A DNA stretch of 35,487 bases from Leidyana gryllorum EB-2025a (taxonomy: Eukaryota; Protista; Apicomplexa). How positions within the stretch are numbered: position 1 is the first letter of the stretch; each line of letters starts with the position of its first letter. Shown one piece after another: positions 10,263-20,367 of the stretch. The stretch is from contig JBLWGC010000181.1 in NCBI GenBank assembly GCA_048772705.1, positions 1 to 35,487 on the forward strand, written 5' to 3'. The notes beneath the pieces are model-generated. The model made no database searches. It saw only the letters and a program-made list of their open reading frames with translations, and was not told the DNA's origin. A program made the position numbers and the translations under genes.

Positions 10263-10335
10263 TGCCTCGGCTGTGGATCGAACACGGGACTTCCAGATCT
10301 TCAGTCTGGCGCTCTCCCAACTGAGCTACCGAGGC
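10263..10335 (-). tRNA. tRNA-Phe(GAA)
   Basis: Cloverleaf, one T-stem mismatch. Confidence 0.82.
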
Positions 10336-10500
10336 GCTAGAAACCCTTGAAACGCGGTGAAGATAGGCACTCACCGCAGCCCTCTGTGGAGCCACTGCCC
10401 GCGGGATGTCCAATACAACACCAAGACCACAAGTGCGGTTCAGAGAGTAGGGTTCCGCAGAACCCGGCCCTAAGAGGTTTCGAACTTATCGATGCATTAA

Positions 10501-10572
10501 AGCCTTCTGTCGGAATCGAGCCGCCGACGTCTCGTTTACGAAGCAAACGCTCTGCCCCTAAGCTTACAAGGG
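10501..10572 (-). pseudogene. tRNA-Thr(CGT) pseudogene
   Basis: Many mismatches. Confidence 0.68.
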
Positions 10573-10721
10573 AATCCAAGAAGGAAATCACGCATCTAAG
10601 CCCGTTGAGGGAGGTTGTTGAAGTACTCCAAGGACTTCCACTGCCCCTCATGTGATCGAGACAGGGCCTGCCTGGTTAGCTGAGGGGCGAGGAATTCTGA
10701 CACCAGATGTCACGACCTCTC

Positions 10722-10794
10722 TGCCTCGGCCGTGGATCGAACACGGGACTTCCAGATCTTCAGTCTGGCGCTCTCCCAACTGCGCTACCGAGGC
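10722..10794 (-). tRNA. tRNA-Phe(GAA)
   Basis: Cloverleaf, one D-stem mismatch. Confidence 0.82.
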
Positions 10795-10900
10795 GCTAGA
10801 AAGTCATGGAAGGCGGTGAAAATAAGCACTTAGCGCGACCGTATGTGGGGCCAACTCACGCATGAATTGTTGGAATGGTGAAAAACAAGCACGTGTCCTC

Positions 10901-10971
10901 TGCATCTGCCGGGAATCGAACCCGGGTCGTCTCGATGGCAACGAGACATTCTACCACTAGACCACAGATGC
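10901..10971 (-). tRNA. tRNA-Gly(GCC)
   Basis: Full cloverleaf. Confidence 0.93.
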
Positions 10972-11051
10972 GTGACACCTTGTTGTTGAAGCTCGTACAC
11001 GGTAACGGCCGTTTTCTGAACGAATGGAATGTCCGTGGCGTGTTCAGAGCG

Positions 11052-11120
11052 TCCGAGATAGCATAGTGGTTACTATTTTCGCATGTCACGCCTAAGAAGC
11101 GGGCCCGATGCCGGTAAATG
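11052..11120 (+). pseudogene. tRNA-Asp pseudogene (recurrent allele)
   Basis: Same relic between Gly and Trp at ~8373, ~14830, ~18075(-) and ~22612. Confidence 0.7.
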
Positions 11121-11143
11121 AGTCTGGAACGGGGGATGGTTTT

Positions 11144-11215
11144 GAGCCTACGGCGCAACGGTAGCGCGTCTGACTCCAGATCAGAAGGTTGGGTGTTCAA
11201 ATCACTCTGGGCTCA
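11144..11215 (+). tRNA. tRNA-Trp(CCA)
   Basis: Cloverleaf. Confidence 0.82.
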
Positions 11216-11251
11216 ACCGGACTCTATGTTTTTCCCGTTTGGGGCGCAACC

Positions 11252-11331
11252 TGACAAAAGTGGGATTCGAAGCCACGATCTTTCGGACTCCGGTCTGAGC
11301 ACAGCGCCTCAGACCACTCGGTCACCTTGCC
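11252..11331 (-). tRNA. tRNA-Leu(CAG), recurrent mismatched allele
   Basis: As 8562 with extra changes. Confidence 0.58.
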
Positions 11332-11425
11332 GGGATGTTGTTGACTCGCCGCTCCACACGTTTTCTGTGCTTGAAATCTCATAATGGAAGAACTTTTGGG
11401 GTTGGAGGCCGGCGTGTTCAGAGCG

Positions 11426-11497
11426 TCCGAGATAGTATAGTGGTTAGTATTTCCGCCTGTCACGCGGAAGACCCGGGTTCGATTCCCGGTCTCGGAG
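11426..11497 (+). tRNA. tRNA-Asp(GTC)
   Basis: Full cloverleaf. Confidence 0.93.
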
Positions 11498-11635
11498 CAG
11501 TTCCAGTCCCTCACAACTGCTGCAACTCAGATTTTGTCTCAGCTGGTCTGGACTTCATCCGGGATTGTACGAGTGGGAGCCGCGTATAGAAGCCGACCTT
11601 GGAGAGACGTGGCATTGAGTCAACAACTATCAGAC

Positions 11636-11707
11636 GGGCTGTTCTGGGAGTCGAACCCAGGACTTCTTCCACCCGAAGGAAGAATCATACCACTAGACCA
11701 AACAGCC
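11636..11707 (-). tRNA. tRNA-Pro(CGG)
   Basis: Full cloverleaf. Confidence 0.9.
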
Positions 11708-11794
11708 GGCTGTCGGTCGAGCAACCCGCTGAGTACAGTCGAGAGAGTGGTCATACGATGTTGAGAACAAAAAAATCGATGGGGTCTGCGCAAC

Positions 11795-11867
11795 GGGCGA
11801 CTAGCTCAAATGGTAGAGCGCTCGCTTAGCATGCGAGAGGTACTGGGATCGATGCCCAGGTCGTCCA
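11795..11867 (+). tRNA. tRNA-Ala(AGC)
   Basis: Full cloverleaf, G3:U70. Confidence 0.93.
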
Positions 11868-12141
11868 AACTTCGTAGTCTGCAACTGCCGCTATTTTGCT
11901 ACAGAGTTGAAAGCTTTCAAGTGTGCCCTGTACCCCTTGGATAGACTCGGGCACCGCAGGATGTGTGAAGGTTGCCTCAGAGCCCGGATTTCCGAGTTTG
12001 TATTTAATAATCACACACTCTGCCGACTAAGATACAACAGTTACGATATTTCAAAGGTCAGTAGAGAGACGCGTGTTGCATGTGTCCAGTTAGCGCTAGT
12101 CCGGATGGCTCTACCAACTCTTTTTTGGGAAGGACTGAATG

Positions 12142-12213
12142 GGTTGCGTGGTGTAGTGGTCAGCACTGGAGACTCTGAATCTCCCGACCTGGGTTCGATT
12201 CCCGGCGCGACCT
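12142..12213 (+). tRNA. tRNA-Gln(CTG)
   Basis: Full cloverleaf. Confidence 0.92.
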
Positions 12214-12278
12214 CAAAACTGGTCCTCACTACTTCGTAAAAGCTCGCCACTTCTCTCTTGGTCTGCGGGACCTTCGCT

Positions 12279-12351
12279 GCAGCCATGGTCTAGTGGTCAC
12301 GACGTCTGCTTCACACGCAGAAGGTCCCGAGTTCGATCCTCGGTGGCTGTA
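12279..12351 (+). tRNA. tRNA-Val(CAC)
   Basis: Full cloverleaf. Confidence 0.92.
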
Positions 12352-12404
12352 ACTCGCGTTTGTCAGGTGAGCACCACGAAATCTAAAGCGGAAGAACGAA
12401 GTGT

Positions 12405-12476
12405 CTCCGAGACCGGGAATCAAACCCGGGTCTTCCGCGTGACAGGCGGAAATACTAACCACTATACTATCTCGGA
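12405..12476 (-). tRNA. tRNA-Asp(GTC), C56T B-box variant
   Basis: Cloverleaf, T loop TTTGATT. Confidence 0.72.
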
Positions 12477-12570
12477 CGCTCTTGGATACCCCGGCCTTCA
12501 ACCCCAAAAGCCTTCCTTCTCGAGACTTCACGAACAGAAAACGTGTAAAGTGGCGAGCCAAGAACACTCC

Positions 12571-12650
12571 GGCAAGATGGCCGAGTGGTCCGAGGCGCTG
12601 TGTTAAGGCCGCAGTCCGAAAGGGCGTGTGTTCGAATCCCACTCTTGTCA
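12571..12650 (+). tRNA. tRNA-Leu(AAG)
   Basis: Type II fold, one T-stem mismatch. Confidence 0.8.
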
Positions 12651-12718
12651 GCCGTTGTATCGGCCCTCGGTCAGCCACTGGATGCAATAGGTCTTCCATG
12701 TAGAGCGGATGAGCGGAT

Positions 12719-12791
12719 GGGCGGCTAGCTCAGATCGTAGAGCGCTCGATTCGCATGCGAGAGGTACTGGGATCGATACCCAGGTCGTCCA
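12719..12791 (+). tRNA. tRNA-Ala(CGC), imperfect
   Basis: D-loop and anticodon-stem changes. Confidence 0.65.
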
Positions 12792-12869
12792 AACTTAGTA
12801 GGGCGGCACCTGCTGGTAGTTAAATACAGAGTTGCACCTCTAAGAGGGCGTGGCATATCGCAGCTCCGG

Positions 12870-12939
12870 TACTGCTAGGCTTCGAAACTGCGACTTTGTG
12901 GTAAACAGCTACACGCTTTGCCGACTGAGCTACAAGACT
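12870..12939 (-). pseudogene. tRNA-Asn pseudogene
   Basis: Decayed homolog of 21093; other Asn relics at ~5935, ~11970, ~15480, ~16250 and ~23425. Confidence 0.62.
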
Positions 12940-13080
12940 TAATTGCAATGTTCTTTTAAGCGAGGAAAAATCATACCTTCAGACCAAACAGCCTCCTGGT
13001 CGGCCTGCCCGGCTAGGGCACTCATAGGTGTCAAATGCTGGAGTACTCGGCGGTCGCGTTCGGCTGTCATTGGGTTGATT

Positions 13081-13154
13081 TGCTCCCCGGGGGGATCGAA
13101 CCCTCGACCTTCGGCACATAAGGCCGATGCTCTAACCAGCTGAGCTAGGGGAGC
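13081..13154 (-). tRNA. tRNA-Ile(TAT), no intron
   Basis: TCGGC-ct-TAT-gt-GCCGA; one T-stem mismatch. Confidence 0.82.
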
Positions 13155-13298
13155 GATCACCGCCGTTCCACCGCGTAACTCACATTCGATTCTATCTCAG
13201 GGGGTTGTTACATCAAGTGTCAGAATGCCCCGGCCTCGTGCCGACCAAGCTTGTCAGCGTCTCTGCTAATTTGCCACGGCGGTTTGAGGCGTGCCTCC

Positions 13299-13369
13299 TG
13301 CGTCTGTCGGGAATCGAACCTGGGTCGTCTCGGTGGCAACGACACATTCTACCACAAGACCACAGATGC
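13299..13369 (-). pseudogene. tRNA-Gly(GCC), degenerate
   Basis: Several substitutions versus 8222. Confidence 0.68.
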
Positions 13370-13465
13370 ACAACTCGTTGTTGTTTAAGCTCGTGCACAA
13401 TACCGGCCGTTTTGCTTCAGAAGAGAAGACAGAATCGAGTTGAGCGAGTATGACGGGTAGTTTGT

Positions 13466-13537
13466 GGGTACGTAGCTCAGTGGTAGAGCAGCTGACTGCA
13501 GATCAGCAAGTCCGTGGTTCAACTCCGCGCGTGCCCT
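13466..13537 (+). tRNA. tRNA-Cys(GCA)
   Basis: Full cloverleaf. Confidence 0.92.
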
Positions 13538-13746
13538 GAAGATGGTTTGGAACGATCGGAGATGTTGGACCACAAGGCAATGAGTCTGGAGCGGGGGATG
13601 ATTTTGGGCCTATGGCGGAACGTAGCGCTTCTGACTCCTGCTTAGAAAATTGGGTGCTGTCCGCCAGTGTCTAAATGGCTCTGATGTTTGATTCCAGCTC
13701 TGGGGGATCCAGCATCCGGGTCGGTGCCATCTGTCGTTGCAGAAGT

Positions 13747-13820
13747 GGTCGCGTAGCTCAGTCGGTTAGAGCGTGAGCCTAATAAGCTCAAGGTCCCCGG
13801 TTCGAGCCCGGGCGTGACCA
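13747..13820 (+). tRNA. tRNA-Ile(AAT)
   Basis: Full cloverleaf. Confidence 0.93.
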
Positions 13821-14031
13821 AGTGAGGGGATCTCTGCTAAAGAGTCGCCCCGGACGCGAGGAAGCCACAGCATTCTTCGACTAATACGAAAGGAACTTGT
13901 TACCAAGTCCGAGCTTCCCTGCCGCGCCAGCTCCGTCGGTAGAGCGCAAGACTTTAAATGGTGGAGAGTCCTAGTCAAGCTTGCTGAACCGTATGTGAAG
14001 CCACTGGCCGCAAAATGCCAAGTTCGACAGC

Positions 14032-14113
14032 GGCAACTTGCCCGAGTGGTTAAGGGGGTAGACTAGAAATCTACTGGGCCTGGCCCGCGCTGGTTCAAAT
14101 CCAGCAGTTGTCG
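14032..14113 (+). tRNA. tRNA-Ser(AGA)
   Basis: Type II cloverleaf. Confidence 0.93.
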
Positions 14114-14234
14114 TGTGCTGCGATCATCGGAGTAGGCGGCTGGGCTCAAAACACCAGCAGTGCATGCTAGAGATTGCAGTGGCGACGCAGAGGCATCAAG
14201 TAAGTGAATAGGTGCCATCTGTCGTCGCAGAAGT

Positions 14235-14308
14235 GGTCGCGTGGCTCAGTCGGTTAGAGCGTGAGCCTAATAAGCTCAAGGTCCCCGGTTTGAGCCCGGG
14301 CGTGACCA
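14235..14308 (+). tRNA. tRNA-Ile(AAT), C56T variant
   Basis: Cloverleaf, T loop TTTGAGC. Confidence 0.72.
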
Positions 14309-14543
14309 AGTGAGTGGATCTTTGATAAAGAGTTGCCCTGGACCCGAGGAAGCCCCAACATTCTGCGACCAATACGGGAGAAACTAGTTACTGAGTCCGA
14401 GCTTCCTTGCCGCGCCAGCTCCGTCGGTAGACCCCTAGACTTTCAATGGGGAGACCGCGGCTTCGGGCAGCGCGAGCAGTCCGACTCAAGCTTGCTACAT
14501 CGTATGTGAAGCCACAGGGCGCAAGATGACAAGTCCGACAGGT

Positions 14544-14624
14544 GGCAACTTGCCCGAGTGGTTAAGGGGTAGACTAGAAATCTACTGGGCCTGGGCCGCG
14601 CTGGTGCAGATCCAGCAGTTGTTG
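14544..14624 (+). pseudogene. tRNA-Ser(AGA), degenerate
   Basis: T loop TGCAGAT and a 1-nt deletion. Confidence 0.7.
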
Positions 14625-14699
14625 TGCGATGTGATTGGAGGGGTCAGACACCAACTTATGCATGAATTTCTGAATGGTGGAAAAACAACATGTGTCCTC

Positions 14700-14770
14700 T
14701 GCATCTGCCGGGAATCGAACCCGGGTCGTCTCGATGGCAACGAGACATTCTACCACTAGACCACAGATAC
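14700..14770 (-). tRNA. tRNA-Gly(GCC)
   Basis: Cloverleaf, U2:G71. Confidence 0.88.
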
Positions 14771-14916
14771 GTGACACCTTGTTGTTGGACCTCGTACACG
14801 GTAACTGCCGTTTTCTGAACGAATGGAACATAGCATAGTGGTTACCATTTTCGCCTCTCACGCCTAAGAAGCGGGCCCGATTGCCGGTAAATGAGTCTGG
14901 AACGGGAGATGGTTTT

Positions 14917-14988
14917 GGGGCTATGGGGCATCGGTAGCGCGCCTGACTCCAGATCAGAAGGTTGGGTGTTCGAATCACTCTGGGCTCA
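14917..14988 (+). pseudogene. tRNA-Trp(CCA), degenerate
   Basis: Acceptor, D- and anticodon-stem mismatches. Confidence 0.7.
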
Positions 14989-15024
14989 ACCGGACTCTAT
15001 GTTTTTCCCGTTTGGGGCGGAGCC

Positions 15025-15104
15025 TGACAAAAGTGGGATTCGAACCCACGACCTTTCGGACTCCGGTCTGAGCACAGCGCCTCAGACCACTCGGTCATCT
15101 TGCC
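15025..15104 (-). tRNA. tRNA-Leu(CAG), recurrent mismatched allele
   Basis: As 8562. Confidence 0.65.
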
Positions 15105-15197
15105 GGGATGTTGTTGGCTCGCCGCTCCACGCGTTTTCTATCCCTGGATCTCAAGATGGAAGGACTTTTGGGGTTTCAGGCCGGTGTGTTCGGAGCG

Positions 15198-15258
15198 TCC
15201 GAGATAGTATAGTGATTAGTATTTCCGCCTGTGACGGGTTCGATTCCCGGTCTCGGAG
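15198..15258 (+). pseudogene. tRNA-Asp with internal deletion
   Basis: 3' side of anticodon arm deleted. Confidence 0.78.
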
Positions 15259-15396
15259 CAGTTCCAGCCCCTCACAACTGCTGCAACCCAGATTTTGTCT
15301 CAGCTGGTCTGGACTTCATCCGGCATTGTAAGAGTGGGAGCCGCATATAGAAGCCGACCTTGGAGAGACGTGGCATTGAGTCAACAACTATCAAAC

Positions 15397-15466
15397 GGGC
15401 TGTTCTGGGAATCGAACCCAGCACTTCTTCCACCAAAGGAAGAATATATAACTGGACCAAACAGAG
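15397..15466 (-). pseudogene. tRNA-Pro pseudogene
   Basis: Decayed 5' half; other Pro relics at ~6736, ~19951 and ~24766. Confidence 0.68.
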
Positions 15467-15609
15467 CGCTGTGGGTGCGTCAGGTACTGGCAGGTTCCAA
15501 ACCTGCGACTTCGTGGCTAAGAGACTTACACTCTGATGGCTGAGCTAGGAGGCTCAGCTACGATGATTGGAGTTGCGATAAGCTTGCAGCTACCCATTCG
15601 ATGCAGTCG

Positions 15610-15681
15610 AGCCTTCTGCCGGAATCGAACCGGCGACCTTTCGCTTACTAAGCGAATGCTCTGCCCCTAAGCTAAGAAGGC
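15610..15681 (-). tRNA. tRNA-Thr(AGT)
   Basis: Full cloverleaf. Confidence 0.92.
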
Positions 15682-15757
15682 AATGCAAGCCAAAGATCAC
15701 GAATCAGCCACTATTGACGGGGATTTCTGAGGCACTTTGCTCGAATGGTCCGATGAC

Positions 15758-15830
15758 TTCCACTGCCGGGACTTAAACCCAGATCGTGCGGGTGAGAGGC
15801 GCATATCCTAGCCATTTAGACTACAGTGGA
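15758..15830 (-). pseudogene. tRNA-Glu(CTC), degenerate
   Basis: D-loop, anticodon-stem and T-loop changes. Confidence 0.7.
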
Positions 15831-15910
15831 CAACATCCTCAGCTGCAGCTTTAGCCGAGAGCCGTACCCTCTTGATCTGAGATAGAGCGTCGGGTCAACC
15901 GACAACCAAC

Positions 15911-15982
15911 GGGCTGTTCTGGGAATCGAACCCAGGACTTCTTCCACCCGAAGGAAGAATCATACCACTAGACCAAACAGCC
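15911..15982 (-). tRNA. tRNA-Pro(CGG)
   Basis: Full cloverleaf. Confidence 0.93.
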
Positions 15983-16071
15983 GCCTGTCGGTCGTGCAAC
16001 GCGGTGAGCACAGTCGCGAGAGTGGTCATATGATGTTGAGAATCAACAAAATGCGACGGGGTCTGCACAAA

Positions 16072-16144
16072 GGGCGACTAGCTCAAATGGTAGAGCGCTC
16101 GCTTAGCATGCGAGAGGTACTGGGATCGATGCCCAGGTCGTCCA
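16072..16144 (+). tRNA. tRNA-Ala(AGC)
   Basis: Full cloverleaf. Confidence 0.93.
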
Positions 16145-16422
16145 AACTTCGTAGTCTGCAAGTGCCGCTTTTTTACTACAGAGTTGAAAGCTTTCAAGTG
16201 TGCCCTTTACCCCTTGGCTAGACTCGGGCACCGCAGTATGTGTGAAGGTTGCCTCAGAGCCCGGATTTCCGAGTTTGCATTTTACAATCACACACTCTGC
16301 CGACGAAGATACCAGAGTCAGTTACAATATTTCAAAGGTCAGTAGAGAGACGCGTGTTGCATGTGTCCAGTTGGGAACCCTAGCCCGGATGATTCTACCG
16401 ACTCTTTTGGATGGGCTGAACC

Positions 16423-16494
16423 GGTTGCGTGGTGTAGTGGTTAGCACTGGAGACTCTGAATCTCCCGACCTGGGTTCGATTCCCGGCGCGACCT
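16423..16494 (+). tRNA. tRNA-Gln(CTG)
   Basis: Full cloverleaf. Confidence 0.93.
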
Positions 16495-16636
16495 TGGAAC
16501 TGGTCCTCACTACTCCCTGAAACTTCGCCATCTCTTGCCATTCGTGCAGCCACGATCTAGTGGTCTCGACGTACACGACCGTTTTACTTCAAATGAGAAG
16601 ATAGAATCGAGTTGAGCGAGTGTGAGGGGCAGTTCT

Positions 16637-16708
16637 GGGTACGTAGCTCAGTGGTAGAGCAGCTGACTGCAGATCAGCAGGCTCGTGGTTCAACTCCGCG
16701 CGTGCCCT
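16637..16708 (+). tRNA. tRNA-Cys(GCA), variable-loop variant
   Basis: Cloverleaf. Confidence 0.82.
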
Positions 16709-16887
16709 GGAGATGGGCTAAAACGCTCGAAGTTGTTGGTCCAACATTCTTGACCACAATGCAATGAGTCTGGAGCGGGGCCTATGGCGGAACGTAGCGG
16801 GTCTGACTGGAGCTTAGAAAATTGGGGTTTGATTCTAACTCAGGGGGATCCAGCATCCGGGTCGGTGCCATCTGTCGTCGCAGAAGT

Positions 16888-16961
16888 GGTCGCGTAGCTC
16901 AGTCGGTTAGAGCGTGAGCCTAATAAGCTCAAGGTCCCCGGTTCGAGCCCGGGCGTGACCA
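16888..16961 (+). tRNA. tRNA-Ile(AAT)
   Basis: Full cloverleaf. Confidence 0.93.
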
Positions 16962-17196
16962 AGTGAGTAGATCTCTGATAAATAGTTGTCCTGGACGCGA
17001 GGAAGCCTCAACATTCTGCGACCAATACGAAAGGAACTAGTTACTAACTCCGAGCTTCCTTGCCGCTCCAGCTCCGTCGGTAGACCCCTAAACTTTCAAT
17101 GGAGAGACCGCAGCTTCGGGCAGCGCCAGCAGTCCGAGTCAAGCTTGCTGAACCGTATGTGAAGCCACAGGGCGCAAGATGCCAAGTCCGACAGGT

Positions 17197-17278
17197 GGCA
17201 ACTTGCCCGAGTGGTTAAGGGGGTAGACTAGAAATCTACTGGGCCTGGCCCGCGCTGGTTCAAATCCAGCAGTTGTCG
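17197..17278 (+). tRNA. tRNA-Ser(AGA)
   Basis: Type II cloverleaf. Confidence 0.93.
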
Positions 17279-17360
17279 TGCGATCTGATTGGAGGGGCAG
17301 ACAACAACTCACTCCTGAAACCCCAGAATGGTGCCTCAATCAACCATCTGCCATCTTCTC

Positions 17361-17431
17361 TGCATCTGCCGGGAATCGAACCTGGGTCGTCTCGGTGGCA
17401 ACGACACAGTCTACCACTAAACCACAGATGC
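17361..17431 (-). pseudogene. tRNA-Gly(GCC), degenerate
   Basis: Stem mismatches. Confidence 0.65.
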
Positions 17432-17573
17432 GTGACATCTCCATTCCTGAATACAAAGCGAAGGGTCTTAAAACTAGTCCAGGCCGTCCAACTTAGGCCG
17501 ATACATAAAAACCAGGCTCATCGGATACGTGGTTCCAGAGACACACGCTCCTTTCGCAGTCCGGAAGCTCCGT

Positions 17574-17643
17574 GCAGCCATCTAGTGGTCACGACGTCTG
17601 TTTAACACGCAGAAGGTCCCGAGTTCCATCCTCGGTGGCTGTA
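17574..17643 (+). pseudogene. tRNA-Val(AAC), degenerate
   Basis: 3-nt deletion before D stem and a T-loop change. Confidence 0.72.
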
Positions 17644-17695
17644 ACACGCATCGTTCAGGTGAGCATCACGAAATCTAGAGAGGAAGACGATCTAT

Positions 17696-17767
17696 CTCCG
17701 AGACCGGGAATCGAACCCGGGTCTTCCGCGTGACAGGCGGAAATACTAACCACTATACTATCTCGGA
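17696..17767 (-). tRNA. tRNA-Asp(GTC)
   Basis: Full cloverleaf. Confidence 0.93.
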
Positions 17768-17861
17768 CGCTCCGAACACACCGGCCTGAAACCCCAAAAG
17801 TCCTTCCAACTTGAGATTCCAGGGATAGAAAACGCGTGGAGCGGCGAGCCAACAACATCCC

Positions 17862-17941
17862 GGCAAGATGACCGAGTGGTCTGAGGCGCTGTGCTCAGAC
17901 CGGAGTCCGAAAGGTCGTGGGTCCGAATCCCACTTTTGTCA
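17862..17941 (+). tRNA. tRNA-Leu(CAG), recurrent mismatched allele
   Basis: As 8562, inverted. Confidence 0.58.
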
Positions 17942-17977
17942 GGTTGCGCCCCAAACGGGAAAAACATAGAGTCCGGT

Positions 17978-18049
17978 TGAGCCCAGAGTGATTCGAACAC
18001 CCAACCTTCTGATCTGTAGTCAGACGCGCTACCGTTGCGCCATAGGCCC
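17978..18049 (-). tRNA. tRNA-Trp body with ACA anticodon
   Basis: Consensus Trp body, TCTGA-ct-ACA-ga-TCAGA. Confidence 0.8.
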
Positions 18050-18221
18050 AAAACCATCCCCCGTTCCAGACTCATTTACCGGCAATCGGCCCGCTTCTTA
18101 GGCGTGACATGCGAAAATAGTAACCACTATGCTATCTCGGACGCTCCGAACACGCCACGGACATTCCATTCGTTCAGAAAACGGCCGTTACCGTGTACGA
18201 GCTTCAACAACAAGGTGTCAC

Positions 18222-18292
18222 GCATCTGTGGTCTAGTGGTAGAATGTCTCGTTGCCATTGAGACGACCCGGGTTCGAATCCCGGCCGATGCA
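18222..18292 (+). tRNA. tRNA-Gly(GCC), variant
   Basis: One acceptor mismatch. Confidence 0.75.
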
Positions 18293-18367
18293 GATGACAC
18301 ATGGTTGCTTTTCCACCATTCAGAAATTCAAGCGTGAGTTGGTGTTTAACCCTCCAACCACATCGCA

Positions 18368-18439
18368 CGACAACTGCTGGATCTGTCCAGGCCCAGTAGA
18401 ATTCAAATCTACCCCCCTTCCCCACTCGGGCAAGTTGGC
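18368..18439 (-). pseudogene. tRNA-Ser(TGA)-like pseudogene
   Basis: Ser body with tt-TGA-at loop and deleted T arm; relatives at ~6861-6934 and ~26010-26092. Confidence 0.65.
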
Positions 18440-18519
18440 AACTGTCGATTCCGGCGTGAGGCGAGGAGTGGCCGGCCGCGGTAAGTGCTTATTTTCACCG
18501 CCTTCCATGACTACCTAGT

Positions 18520-18592
18520 GCCTCGGTAGCTCAGTTGGGAGAGCGCCAGACTGAAGATCTGGAAGTCCCGTGTTCGCTCCACGGCCGAGGCA
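18520..18592 (+). tRNA. tRNA-Phe(GAA)
   Basis: Cloverleaf, A58C. Confidence 0.82.
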
Positions 18593-18648
18593 GCGAGTTT
18601 GTGACATTTGGTGTCATCCCTCGCGCCCGTGCGAGCCTTCTGCCCGCG

Positions 18649-18720
18649 TCGGACATAGTATAGTGCTTAGTATTTCCGCGTATCACTCGGAAGACCCGGG
18701 TTCGATTCCCGGTCTCGGAG
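18649..18720 (+). pseudogene. tRNA-Asp pseudogene
   Basis: Decayed 5' half. Confidence 0.68.
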
Positions 18721-18774
18721 ACACTTCGTTCTTTCGCTTTAGATTTCGTGGTGCTCACCTGACAAACGCGAGTT

Positions 18775-18847
18775 TACAGCCACCGAGGATCGAACTCGGG
18801 ACCTTCTGCGTGTTAAGCAGACGTCGTGACCACTAGACCATAGCGGC
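18775..18847 (-). tRNA. tRNA-Val(AAC), acceptor variant
   Basis: Cloverleaf with acceptor mismatch. Confidence 0.75.
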
Positions 18848-18930
18848 AGCGAAGGTCCCGCAGACCAAGAGAAATGGCGAGGTTTCACGAAGTGAGGACT
18901 AGTTTTGAGGTCGCGCCGCAACCAGGTGTG

Positions 18931-19002
18931 CTCCGAGACCGGGAATCGAACCCTGATCTTCCGCGTGTCAGGCGGAAATACTAACCACTAGACTATCTCG
19001 GC
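18931..19002 (-). pseudogene. tRNA-Asp body with GAC anticodon, degenerate
   Basis: Several mismatches. Confidence 0.65.
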
Positions 19003-19135
19003 CGCTCTAAATCCGCCGGCCTCCAACTCCAAAAGTCTTTCCATTTTGTTGTGCAGACCCCATCGCATTTGTTGGTTCTCAACATAGTATGACCACTATC
19101 TCAACTGTACTCAGCGGGTTGCACGACCCACAGGC

Positions 19136-19207
19136 GGCTGTTTGGTCTAGTGGTATGATTCTTCCTTCGGGTGGAAGAAGTCCTGGGTTCGATTCCCAGA
19201 ACAGCCC
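19136..19207 (+). tRNA. tRNA-Pro(CGG)
   Basis: Full cloverleaf. Confidence 0.93.
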
Positions 19208-19288
19208 GGTTGCTTGTCGGTTGACCCGACGCTCCATCTCATCTCAAGATGGTACGGCTTTCGTCCAAAGCTGCAGCTGAGGAAGTTG

Positions 19289-19361
19289 TCCACTGTAGTC
19301 TAAGTGGCTAGGATATGCGACTCTCACCCGCACGATCCGGGTTCAAGTCCCGGCAGTGGAA
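19289..19361 (+). tRNA. tRNA-Glu(CTC)
   Basis: Cloverleaf, one anticodon-stem mismatch. Confidence 0.8.
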
Positions 19362-19418
19362 ATCCAGCAAGGTGTGCTTGTCGGCAACGGTTCCACTACT
19401 CCCAGAGACATTGATTTG

Positions 19419-19491
19419 CACCGCCCGCGCGGCTCGAACCCGCGACTGCAAGATTAAAAGTCTTGCGCTCTACCGACTGAGCTAGGGCGGC
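19419..19491 (-). tRNA. tRNA-Lys(TTT)
   Basis: Cloverleaf, one T-stem mismatch. Confidence 0.8.
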
Positions 19492-19619
19492 AAGGAAGCT
19501 CTAAACTTAGTTACACCCTATTTGCCGGTGGGTGGATCCGTGGAAGTATTGAGTGGTGGAACAACGTGCTTCAGTAACTTCCGTCAATAGGGACTCATTC
19601 GTGATGTCCAGTTAACATT

Positions 19620-19690
19620 GCCTTCTTAGCTTGGGGCAGAGCATTCGCTTAGTAAGTGAAAGGTCGCCGGTTCGATTCGGGCAAAAGGCT
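19620..19690 (+). pseudogene. tRNA-Thr(AGT), degenerate
   Basis: D-loop deletion plus stem mismatches. Confidence 0.7.
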
Positions 19691-19738
19691 TGGCTCACGA
19701 GCCAATCTATCCTGCAACTGTTCCCTTCTGCGCACACT

Positions 19739-19810
19739 TAGCAGTGCGTCGTTTCGATCGACGGACCTTTGCGTTATGAGCCTAACACTCTTCCACTGAG
19801 CTACACTGCT
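19739..19810 (-). tRNA. Initiator tRNA-Met(CAT), variant
   Basis: Anticodon-stem mismatches versus 1866. Confidence 0.65.
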
Positions 19811-20108
19811 CAGTCTGCAACATGGAAGAGGTAGCCGAAATGTGATCCTCGAGATGTTAGTTGCCCTGACTGCCCTACCGAAGCGGGCTAACGAGGTGGT
19901 TGTGTTGGTTCTGAGGGCAACATGTCCGGTCAAGTCAAACGACGACCAATAGGACAGTTCTGGAATCGAACCCAGGACTCCTTCCACTCTGAGGAAGGAT
20001 TATACCAGCAGAGCAACAGCCGAATACTTGGGTGCATGCAACCGGATATACAAATGGAGATTCGAATCTACTGTGGCCTTTTCCAGCTTTTTTTGGGATG
20101 ATCGCCGC

Positions 20109-20192
20109 TGCACAGAATGGGATTCGAACCCATGCAGACTTGCGCCTACCAGAACTTGAGTCTGGCCCCTTAGACCACTCGGGCATCTGTGC
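20109..20192 (-). tRNA. tRNA-Leu(CAA)
   Basis: Full type II cloverleaf. Confidence 0.93.
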
Positions 20193-20288
20193 ATTACTTG
20201 CCTTCTGAGTTCCAAAGTGTTAATGGCTTCCGTTGCGACCGCCGATGTCGTTCTGGCTGCGGTGTGCCGCCCCAAAGTACTCTCACGC

Positions 20289-20367
20289 CCCGGGGTGCTT
20301 AGATGGTAACGTATCTGACTGTAGTGGTGGCATCAGATATTCCACGAGTAAATTCCGTCCCACCCGA
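20289..20367 (+). pseudogene. tRNA-Tyr pseudogene (uninterrupted paralog of the retrotransposon target)
   Basis: Keeps GTA loop and 7-nt intron (TGGTGGC); D and T arms decayed. Confidence 0.72.
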
